A stretch of DNA of 33,253 nt from Myxococcota bacterium (GTDB lineage: Bacteria; Myxococcota_A; Bradymonadia; UBA7976; UBA1532), in NCBI GenBank assembly GCA_036337435.1, contig JAYZEG010000083.1, positions 1 to 33,253 on the forward strand, in the 5' to 3' direction. This document shows positions 8,709-16,843 of this stretch, piece by piece. The notes below the pieces were generated by a model. That model did no database searches. It worked only from the letters and a program-made list of their open reading frames with translations, and was not told the origin of the DNA. The position numbers were made by a program, and so were the translations under genes. The number at the start of each line of letters is the position of its first letter. Within the stretch, counting starts at the first letter, position 1.

Positions 8709-9983
8709 ATGATACGCTCCACTCTCGTTTTAGGTCTTCTCTCGTTGCTTGCAAGTGGCTGCACGCAACTCGATTTAACTGATGTTGATGCCCAAGAAAA
8801 AGAGTCGAGCTACCATGCGACTTTCATCGATATGACTTTTAAGGGCGTTTTACTCGCGAGCAACACTTGGGCACCGGAGCGAACGATTGAGCAGCAGCTT
8901 CTCTACACGATTGGCCAGCTGAATGGTGACCGAGCGGTCGGTCGTTTAGACAGGGTCGAGGTCGATTCCCTCGAAATTACAAAGCAGGGGGACGTGTATC
9001 GATTTGACTACACCGTCACCATGCCAGTTGCATGGTCGAAGAATAAGCCAATCCCTGAATCATACGAATTCGTGCTCCCCCTGAGTACGGTCACTCGTGA
9101 TTTGAAGGACTTTGCAGATACGTACGGTGAAACTTGCGTATCGTATGGTGCCCACGACGTCGATTCAGGGAGCATGTGGTACTATTATCGACCAAATCGG
9201 CGTCGATGCGAGTTGAACAATGAAGATGTTATTAGAGCCGTAGCGACCAGCGTGCCGAGTGTTCTCCAGACCAATGGACAGTATCCTGAGTACGACCAAG
9301 TCTGGAAAGACGGCCGTCTTGAGGTCGTCGCGATCTTTGGCCGAGCCGATGAAAACAAGCCGCCATCCGATGATATTGGTACACGAAATTTCCGTGTTTT
9401 CATCAGCAAGATCAAAGAGATGATCCCCAATGCCATCCAAATCCCAGAGTCCTTTGAAGGCGAGCTTGGTGTGGACGTCACAGAGATGATGATCGAGGGA
9501 CAAATCGATGAATCACGCTTCGTCTCGGTGACGATATTGGTGGTCGATAATGTCCGGACTGCCGACCGACAGTTTCGCGAGCGTTACAAGAGCCTGACGC
9601 CGACGGCTGATTTAATCATTTACAATGGGCATGCGGGATTGGGTCAAAACATCAGAGCATTGGCGTCCCGCGGCGAATGGAAAGCTGAGCAATATGTCAT
9701 TGTATTCATGAATGGCTGCGACACTTACGCGTATGTCGATGATGCTCTCTATGCGGCACACCGAGAGGTCAACCCCGATGATGAAATAGGAACTCGCTAT
9801 GTCGATCTCGTGACCAACGCGATGCCGGCCTATTTCTTCGACATGACCGGCGCGAGTATGGCACTTGTCGATGCGTTGGCGAAGCCCGATGAGCCAGCCA
9901 GTTATGACGAAATCTTTAAAAACATCGCTCGAGAGCAAATGGTTTTGGTGACGGGTGAAGAGGACAATGTCTTTCAGCCGTAA
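8709..9983 (+). CDS. Lipoprotein with a putative caspase/gingipain-like (clan CD) domain
   Basis: AAGAGG RBS; lipobox ASGC; LIIYNGHAG...YVIVFMNGCDT (His308, Cys337). The CDS is secure; the function is inferred. Confidence 0.6.
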   Translation: MIRSTLVLGLLSLLASGCTQLDLTDVDAQEKESSYHATFIDMTFKGVLLASNTWAPERTIEQQLLYTIGQLNGDRAVGRLDRVEVDSLEITKQGDVYRFDYTVTMPVAWSKNKPIPESYEFVLPLSTVTRDLKDFADTYGETCVSYGAHDVDSGSMWYYYRPNRRRCELNNEDVIRAVATSVPSVLQTNGQYPEYDQVWKDGRLEVVAIFGRADENKPPSDDIGTRNFRVFISKIKEMIPNAIQIPESFEGELGVDVTEMMIEGQIDESRFVSVTILVVDNVRTADRQFRERYKSLTPTADLIIYNGHAGLGQNIRALASRGEWKAEQYVIVFMNGCDTYAYVDDALYAAHREVNPDDEIGTRYVDLVTNAMPAYFFDMTGASMALVDALAKPDEPASYDEIFKNIAREQMVLVTGEEDNVFQP

Positions 9984-10000
9984 AGTGTATCAAGTCCATA

Positions 10001-10064
10001 AAGGCACGTCCGTCTGCGATGGACGTCCTTGAACAGCGGCGGGTGCCTTCGGGTCTCCTGCCGT
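10001..10064. terminator. Two tandem hairpins between convergent genes (probable terminator or 3' stabiliser)
   Basis: AAGG-c-ACGTCCGTC-tgc-GATGGACGT-CCTT (10001-10030) and GCGGCGGG..GCC-TTCG-GGT..CCTGCCGT with a C(UUCG)G tetraloop (10036-10064); no clear U-tract. Confidence 0.5.
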
Positions 10065-10078
10065 CATCAGTTCACGTG

Positions 10079-11599
10079 TTATGGCGCGTCCGCGTCATAG
10101 GTAATCCGATAAGAAAAACAGGCGTTGGCGTTCGGTGCTGAGACTCTGAAAGCAACTCTAACGTCGTCACTGCGCGCAGCCCGATCGTTGACTGTCGTCT
10201 CAAAGTTGCCGAGGCCGTCAACGATGTTTAGGCAGACTTCCTCAACATCACAGACTTCTTCTAAGGTCGGCGGTCCGGCAAAAGGATTTAAATTTGAATC
10301 TTGAGCCAATACTTTGGCGCATACTTCCCATTCGACATCAGCATCGATCTCGGTGATTTGCATCCGGACTAGGATGTCGTTGTTGCTCGCTCTCGCGCGC
10401 TCGTTCACCACAAAGTGATAGTAGTCCGTATCAAGACCATTTTGCAGCTCGCCAACGAAGCTCATTGGCTCCGCTTCATCCTCTTGGATCGCACCCAATT
10501 CATAGGCAGCTGAGCAAATTTGATTACCCGTTCCCGCTTCCCAACGGTCTGGTTCGACACCTTCATCCACAGTGCCGTCACAATCGTTATCGGTATTGTC
10601 ACACAGCTCTGGGGTTGGAACTGCATCTTCATCAACAGTGCCGTCACAATCGTTGTCTAGGGCATCACACACTTCGTCGATAGGCTCGATGCCACCCACG
10701 CAAGCAGGGACACCATCGTTACAAACAAGGCGCCCAACTTGACACTCACCGACATCATTCGAACACGGGGTGTCATCGGCGAGGTCGTCGACGCGTCCAT
10801 TACAGTCGTCATCCATGCCATTACAGCTCTCTTCGATCTCCCCTGGCAGGGCAACTGGCATACCGTTTTCACCGATACAAGCACCCCAGGTTCCTGCGGC
10901 ACCGCAGGTTTGCGTCCCGGGTCGACAAGAACCGACATCGACCGAGCATGGTGCTTCTTGACCGGCTTGACACTCGCAATTTTCGTCCGCGATTGAATCG
11001 CAATCATCATCGAGTTCATTGCCGCAGATTTCCGTTAAGTTGCCGGGAACTCGGCAATCCTGAAACTCGCCGTCGACGCAGACCTCCGTGCCTTCGTTGC
11101 ACTCGAGATTACACGGCCTGTACACGGTTTCATCCACACGGCCATCGCAGTCATTGTCCTGGGCATCGCATTCCTCAGCCGTCGCTTTTGGCGCATTGCA
11201 ATTCCTCCAAACCCCGTTTGAACACGTCTCGTTACCGTCTCCGCAGTCCGATGAACATTCGCGGGTCAGGTCTTCATCTACTCGCCCGTCGCAATCATTG
11301 TCAGTGCCATCACACATCTCATCATTGACGGGCGGGGCGCTACATCCACTCCAAACGCCCTGTGTACAGGTTTCATTGCCCGACCCGCATGCTGTCATGC
11401 AAACGCGTGGGTTAATGCCTTCATCGATACGCGAATCGCCATCTTCATCGAGACCATTACAGTACTCAACTGCATCATTCATCATCATTGAATTGCTACC
11501 GCCGGCACCGCCAAAGCCTGGGCTGTCCGCCGGAGGTGCCTCGGAATCACATGCACCGAGGCAGGCGAGGATGAACACGAACGAAATCACTTTATACAT
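10079..11599 (-). CDS. Cys/Asp-rich lipoprotein with MopE-related (putative metal-binding) repeats and a C-terminal PPC-like domain
   Basis: ATG at 11599 with AGGAG; lipobox LGAC; about 7 copies of E.C(D/N)..D(N/D)DCDG.VDE; C-terminal D.WE...N...A..LG...G.L....D.DYY.F. Confidence 0.8.
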   Translation of the reverse strand: MYKVISFVFILACLGACDSEAPPADSPGFGGAGGSNSMMMNDAVEYCNGLDEDGDSRIDEGINPRVCMTACGSGNETCTQGVWSGCSAPPVNDEMCDGTDNDCDGRVDEDLTRECSSDCGDGNETCSNGVWRNCNAPKATAEECDAQDNDCDGRVDETVYRPCNLECNEGTEVCVDGEFQDCRVPGNLTEICGNELDDDCDSIADENCECQAGQEAPCSVDVGSCRPGTQTCGAAGTWGACIGENGMPVALPGEIEESCNGMDDDCNGRVDDLADDTPCSNDVGECQVGRLVCNDGVPACVGGIEPIDEVCDALDNDCDGTVDEDAVPTPELCDNTDNDCDGTVDEGVEPDRWEAGTGNQICSAAYELGAIQEDEAEPMSFVGELQNGLDTDYYHFVVNERARASNNDILVRMQITEIDADVEWEVCAKVLAQDSNLNPFAGPPTLEEVCDVEEVCLNIVDGLGNFETTVNDRAARSDDVRVAFRVSAPNANACFSYRITYDADAP

Positions 11600-11770
11600 C
11601 GAAGACTCCTGGGACCAGTCGTTGGGCAAATCATAGGTGAACTCACTCAGCTGAGTCCACAGTCTACCTGATTTTTCCTCAGGTGCTATTTTGTCGAGAC
11701 AGAGAGTCAGATATTGCTATTTTGAGAGGGGCGACGGTGGTTTTATTGTCGATGAAAGGCCAGTCCCTAA

Positions 11771-12640
11771 ATGCACATGCTCCCGATCAATGCGCTTGTT
11801 CTCGCCCTGCTGTCGAGTGTTTGCTGGGCTCGGCCCGACTACGTTCGCAGAGTTCCGACACGCTACGGCTGCGAAACCTGTCATCTCGACCCGAGAAATC
11901 GAAACTTGCGGACTGGGTTTGGAATCGATTTCGGGCTGAGTCGCGGCATCTGGGCTGTCGACGACGACCCAATGGTGGGCATTTGTGCCCTTGATTCCGA
12001 CGGCGACGGATTATCCAACGGAACAGAATTAGGGGACCCCGATTGTGGGTGGCGCGTCGGCGATAGATTGCCCGCAGCCTCCGTCACAAATCCGGCCGAC
12101 GATTTAGACCCAGACCAATGTGGCGATGGCATACGCCAGGGCGGGGAGGCCTGCGACGGCCTCGATTTGGCCCAGGCTACATGTGAAAGCCAAGGTTTTC
12201 TCGGGGGCGAAGTGGCTTGCAGCGCAGCGTGCCAGTACGACTACAGCGATTGTTTACCAAGACCCCCCCCCGATGCGGGTGGTCACGATGCGGCCTTCGC
12301 AATGGACCAGGGTGTCGACCTGGATTCGTCGGCGGATATTGGCCCAAACGTTCAACCGGTGGACGACAGTCTCATCGACTCTGGTGTCGATGCTCTCGGT
12401 CATGCGCCCGACATGGCAACGCATACGGATGTTGGCCTACAGAGTGAAATTGACAGGGGGTCGGTGCATGATGCCAGCCCGAGTCCGGATGTAGAGACGC
12501 GTGTCGGAGACTCTCGCCCCACTGCCACACGGAGGGTGAGTGAGCGGGGTGGCTGCCAAGTGGCGATGGGTGGACCAAACACGGTTCTTTGGGCTTGTGG
12601 GCTGATGCTTATCCGCTTATTTCGACGAGGGGACCGATGA
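11771..12640 (+). CDS. Secreted protein: CxxCH + temptin-like domain, myxobacterial disulfide repeat, MYXO-CTERM-like anchor
   Basis: Signal peptide; GCETCH; FG.DF...W...C..DSDGDG.SNG.ELGDPDC.W; CGDG....GE.CDG.DL...TC...GF.GG; Asp-rich linker; GGC-hydrophobic-RR tail. Confidence 0.7.
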   Translation: MHMLPINALVLALLSSVCWARPDYVRRVPTRYGCETCHLDPRNRNLRTGFGIDFGLSRGIWAVDDDPMVGICALDSDGDGLSNGTELGDPDCGWRVGDRLPAASVTNPADDLDPDQCGDGIRQGGEACDGLDLAQATCESQGFLGGEVACSAACQYDYSDCLPRPPPDAGGHDAAFAMDQGVDLDSSADIGPNVQPVDDSLIDSGVDALGHAPDMATHTDVGLQSEIDRGSVHDASPSPDVETRVGDSRPTATRRVSERGGCQVAMGGPNTVLWACGLMLIRLFRRGDR

Positions 12641-13949
12641 CAGATTCTCGGCCGTCGGCGCCAAAATCATTTTTCTCCACACCCATTAGATGACAGATGG
12701 AGTTCCATAAGTCAGGCAGGGTCCGTGCACCGGCACTACCCTTGCTCGGAAAACGGATGAACCGACCCCGGTCAAGGCCCAATCCAGAGCCGCCGATGAG
12801 CGCAACTGGCCACCGCTGGTAGCCCGCATGGTGTTGTTCACCATTCTCATTGGTCCAGACGATGAGGGTGTTATCCATCATTGTGCCTTCGCCTTCTGGA
12901 ATGGCACTGAGGCGGTCGCAGAGGTTGGCGATTTGTTGCGCGTGGAAATTGTGAATCCGATCCAGCGAATCGAGTCCACCCTGATAGCCATGACCCATTT
13001 CGTGTTTCGTTCCGGTCAAACCAAGTTCTGGAAAACTCATGTCGAGGAAATTATAACCGCAGCCTGATGCGATGGTGACCACACGTGTCAGGTCGCAGGC
13101 GAGAGCGGCACCGGTGAGGTCAAAATGACCAACCAGCCGCCCTGCTATGGATCGGTCACCTACTGCGGCAAAGTTTTGCGCACATTGTCTGAGTTCATCG
13201 ACCCGCTCACCAAGAGATTGCTCTCGTCTTTCGATGGCGGCCATCGCCTCCTTGATTTGGTCTAATTTCGCCCGTTCACGACCACTTAGTTTTTTTTCGA
13301 GTCGTTCAATATCCCCGCGCAGAAGCTCAAAAACAGCGCGTTGGCGGATGTCGTTGGCCCCTCGTTGTGCAGCGATGGCACCAAAGAGTTGCTGATAGGC
13401 ATCATTGGGATCACAGAAATGAGGCACTGGGCGTTTGTCGCGGGTCGCAGAGATCGCTGTCAGCCTGGCGGCTTGCGTTTGCCCAACAGCCAGTAGCAAA
13501 TTCGGAAATGGGGTGCAGTGAGCCATTGTACGGCCCAGAAAAATATCGATTGTTTCTCCGCCTGGACGACCATTTTCGTTCGGTGGGTCGTTGGGTACGC
13601 ACGACAAGGCGGCATAAGCGGTGGAATGCCCACTTCCAGCTAGACCTTGGTCGTTGGACAATCCATCGACCAACACCAATTTGTCCCGATGCTGACTCAG
13701 TGCTGCCATCATGGGTGGCAGCTCAAACTCTCGAACATCCATAAACTCGGATGCGGGTTGATTCGGAATGCCGATGGGTGTGAAACGCTGGTAATTCATC
13801 CCACAGCCCTCGATAACAAACACGAGTCGTCTCGGAGGTTGACCTTCGCCGCATGCGAAAGCGGTCTTCGGCTCCAAGAGATTGAGCACGGAAAACCCCA
13901 TCAGACCTCCCAGAACTGTTTGACCGAATCTCCGCCTATCCATGCTCAT
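12609..13949 (-). CDS. DUF1552 domain protein with Tat signal
   Basis: DRRRF Tat-like motif; P.RLVF, TID, DP..AY..LFG, ALACDLTRV, H...H and PEG.GTM.DNTL..W.NE.G..H...WP motifs. Confidence 0.88.
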   Translation of the reverse strand: MSMDRRRFGQTVLGGLMGFSVLNLLEPKTAFACGEGQPPRRLVFVIEGCGMNYQRFTPIGIPNQPASEFMDVREFELPPMMAALSQHRDKLVLVDGLSNDQGLAGSGHSTAYAALSCVPNDPPNENGRPGGETIDIFLGRTMAHCTPFPNLLLAVGQTQAARLTAISATRDKRPVPHFCDPNDAYQQLFGAIAAQRGANDIRQRAVFELLRGDIERLEKKLSGRERAKLDQIKEAMAAIERREQSLGERVDELRQCAQNFAAVGDRSIAGRLVGHFDLTGAALACDLTRVVTIASGCGYNFLDMSFPELGLTGTKHEMGHGYQGGLDSLDRIHNFHAQQIANLCDRLSAIPEGEGTMMDNTLIVWTNENGEQHHAGYQRWPVALIGGSGLGLDRGRFIRFPSKGSAGARTLPDLWNSICHLMGVEKNDFGADGRESVIGPLVEISG

Positions 13950-15823
13950 TGCTGTTCTCCCTCGACCGCTGGCTGTCTTCGATATCGAAAGGTGTCTGAT
14001 ATGAACAAAGCGGTGAGTAACTGGCTAAAATCGCCACCTCGATCGTCTGTGTACTCTTGGATTTCGGTGAGCGTACATCCATCCCCTAATTGTTCTATTC
14101 GCCCCATAAAAAATCGAAATGCTGTTCGCGTCAGGCAGAGCCGAACTTGTCGCGACTCGGCCAAGCGCCGGGTTAAGTCTAAGGCGCCATCGATTGGGCC
14201 ATCCACATCACCACTGCCCTCTAGAACGCTGCGAGTATCGATAGGACTATTGGGTCCGACTTGGAGCAATCCGACATGATTAAATGTCTCGAATGCAAGG
14301 CCGAGGGGGTCCATTAAGCGATGGCACCCTTCGCATTCCGGTGCTGAGTGTGCATCCAAACGCTCACGCATGGTCGCACCCGGTTCAGGCTCCGGTAAAT
14401 TTTGATCGACTTCGATCGGGACGTCCGGAACCGGGTAACATAGCAGAGCTTCGCGAATGAATTTACCGCGCCCGACGGGATCGGTTTCATCGTTGCGCGA
14501 GTGAGCGATGAGCCAGGCTGGATGGGTGAGTAAACCAGCGCGAATATTCGGATCTTGCCTCGTTGGCGTTCCGGGCGCGCCCAACTCATCCGTATCGATA
14601 CATGATTCGCACGAGAGGGGCAGATCCGGGACGAACACACTCGACGTCAAAAGACGGCTAATTGAATCACCACCTCGCCGGATGAGGTAATCGATGGTGT
14701 GATCGGCCGAGCGAACGAGGCTCGCGATATTTAAATTTGGATACTGCGTGGGGTCTTTGAACACATTGACGGCCTCCCCATGACCAAAAAACTCTTGAAA
14801 AAAACGAGGCAAGGCTTTCCGTTCGTCGCGTCGGTTGAGCAGTCGTCTGACTTGGCTCCGTATCTGATCGACCGTCTCTAGTGCGCCGTTGGCGGCCGCA
14901 TCCATCAGAAGATCGTCCGGCGGTCCATCCAGAATACCGAAGGATAGCGCGTTTGCCATTTCGTAATGGCTCAAGTGATGTCTGCCATCTGCGTCTTGTG
15001 CCTGACCCCCCACTTCGACGCGAAAATAACTGTTTGGTGACATGGCCATAGCTTCGATGAGCATCTGAATGATTTCGAACGACGACAACGATTCAGTGTT
15101 CGCTTGAGCCACCGCGAGATATCTATCGAACTCATCGTCATCCATCGGGCGTCGCCACAGCTCCAGGGCCAGTTGCGATAACACCGCCCGGTAACAATCT
15201 GAGGTGCCTTGGCGCACTTCATCAAAAATACAGTCCGACAATCGAGTTGGCGACTCGGTCAGAGAGTCAGAAATCGCCCTTGCATTTTGTCTCAGCAAAT
15301 CAAAGGTTGGCCCGTCCATGCCGAAGTCGGCGGCCAGCTGGCTAAATTGTCGACCCGAATGAAGCCCATCAAACGGATTGCTGGTATCGAGACGATTGAA
15401 ATTGATCCCGACAACCCGGGTGACGACCTGTTTAAACTGAGCACCCGTTAGGCGCCAAAGGCGACTGGGAGTCGTTCGTATGCGAGACTCGTCGCAGGCG
15501 AAAACTGACTCATTGGACAAATACAGAGGGTCATCGACCAGTGCATAATCCATGGTGGGCAACGCGTCGGGGGCTGCATCAACACTGAACGAGTCGGGTT
15601 CGGCATCAGACTCGATGTCGGTATCCGTCGAACCGTCGAAGGAATTTCCAGCACCCGAGTCGAAAACGGAGGTATCCTTGCCGGTTTGGTCTAGGGCAAA
15701 CGCGTCAAGCGAACCGTCGGTCGTCAGCCGCGCTCCATCCTCAGGTTGACATCCTATGAGCAACAGACCCAGCACCACCAAAAGCGCATTCAACTGTTTT
15801 CGATATGTGGGAAACGGCTGCAC
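13946..15823 (-). CDS. DUF1592/DUF1595/DUF1588/DUF1585 domain lipoprotein (planctomycete-cytochrome-like, CxxCH)
   Basis: GTG with GGAGG; lipobox LIGC; RLT..Q, WRRP, SP...FR.E, YEMA..LSF....PPD..L, RAGLLTHP, PV.RG.FI...LLC and T.RERL..H...CEGCH..MDPLG..FE.F; ATGA overlap with the DUF1552 gene. Confidence 0.88.
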   Translation of the reverse strand: MQPFPTYRKQLNALLVVLGLLLIGCQPEDGARLTTDGSLDAFALDQTGKDTSVFDSGAGNSFDGSTDTDIESDAEPDSFSVDAAPDALPTMDYALVDDPLYLSNESVFACDESRIRTTPSRLWRLTGAQFKQVVTRVVGINFNRLDTSNPFDGLHSGRQFSQLAADFGMDGPTFDLLRQNARAISDSLTESPTRLSDCIFDEVRQGTSDCYRAVLSQLALELWRRPMDDDEFDRYLAVAQANTESLSSFEIIQMLIEAMAMSPNSYFRVEVGGQAQDADGRHHLSHYEMANALSFGILDGPPDDLLMDAAANGALETVDQIRSQVRRLLNRRDERKALPRFFQEFFGHGEAVNVFKDPTQYPNLNIASLVRSADHTIDYLIRRGGDSISRLLTSSVFVPDLPLSCESCIDTDELGAPGTPTRQDPNIRAGLLTHPAWLIAHSRNDETDPVGRGKFIREALLCYPVPDVPIEVDQNLPEPEPGATMRERLDAHSAPECEGCHRLMDPLGLAFETFNHVGLLQVGPNSPIDTRSVLEGSGDVDGPIDGALDLTRRLAESRQVRLCLTRTAFRFFMGRIEQLGDGCTLTEIQEYTDDRGGDFSQLLTALFISDTFRYRRQPAVEGEQQ

Positions 15824-15905
15824 GGCACCTCCAGATGCTCTCTATGGTGCCGAATCGTTCACAATTACTCAAACTCACCGTTGAATTGCAGGCTCAGAGA
15901 ACGAC

Positions 15906-16496
15906 TCAGGGCTTCTCACACTTTCCCATTCGTGCCTTACAAGCCCCTGTTTCCAAGCAGGCGCGGGACCGTCGACAGTCGGTGTCATTTTTCGCTAAGC
16001 AGGTTCCGCGGTTGACACTACAGCGACCCCATTCACGACAGACAAAAGCGTTCCGACAATCTGTATCGCTTCCAGGTTGGCAGCGGCCTCCGACCGCCCT
16101 GCAGTGGCCAAGTCCGCCACATAGGTCGACTTCGACATAGGCGCGTTTGACGTCGCGTATTCGTTCCTTTGCGGTTCGACATGAGGCTGCGCGGCGAGAA
16201 ACGCATTTGTTTTGACTCACGTCGCATTGGCCTGATCTCGCGCAAACCTCGGAGTGAAACCGGCAATCCTTTTCGGTGACGGCGGCGCATCGGCCGTCGA
16301 GTACAGAACAAAACCCGGCTTCAGAACACGCATTCGACTGCAAGCAATGTTCCTTTGTTACGGCAACGCATCGGCCCTGTAGACTCGCACAGAGACCCTT
16401 CTCTTTGCATTGGTCCGCACGTTGACACGGATCATCCCCATCGGAACAGCTGCACAAGAGACAGATCAGCAGATAATGGAACAGCGAACGGACCAT
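15906..16496 (-). CDS. Cys-rich repeat lipoprotein
   Basis: Lipobox LCSC after the ATG at 16496 (ORF open from 16595); about 6 repeats of C..S..C...G.C....G.C with ~25 aa period. Confidence 0.7.
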   Translation of the reverse strand: MVRSLFHYLLICLLCSCSDGDDPCQRADQCKEKGLCASLQGRCVAVTKEHCLQSNACSEAGFCSVLDGRCAAVTEKDCRFHSEVCARSGQCDVSQNKCVSRRAASCRTAKERIRDVKRAYVEVDLCGGLGHCRAVGGRCQPGSDTDCRNAFVCREWGRCSVNRGTCLAKNDTDCRRSRACLETGACKARMGKCEKP

Positions 16497-16843
16497 CCAA
16501 AGTTTACTGCGCTTGATTAGGTTTGTTTTGGCTCGATTACACATGTTTCTACAGTGAAGACGCCAGAGTACGTCTGAACTCACCAAGTTTGCCACAAATA
16601 TGTCAGCCAGCTAACAAAAACTGAGATGGTTGCCAAGTGTGAATTGCCTTTCAAGGGGATGCCCAAGGAGTGAGGTCCTGTCGTCTATCGTCCTAACGCG
16701 ATCCCAGGGCTGGCCGTAATCGGCGAATGGCAAAAGGATACGCCCTGATTTCATCCTGGATACAGCGGGTCCTGATATGCGAGGATCGTGAGAGTGCCAC
16801 AAGGGCTCTGTGAATCCAATCACAGGTCTGAGGAGGGGGATGA

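Noticed and set aside
10500..11480. CRISPR-like or DNA tandem repeats (cagtgccgtcacaatcgtt...)
   Set aside because: They are coding repeats of the MopE-type motif, with synonymous variation and irregular spacing; no cas genes are present.
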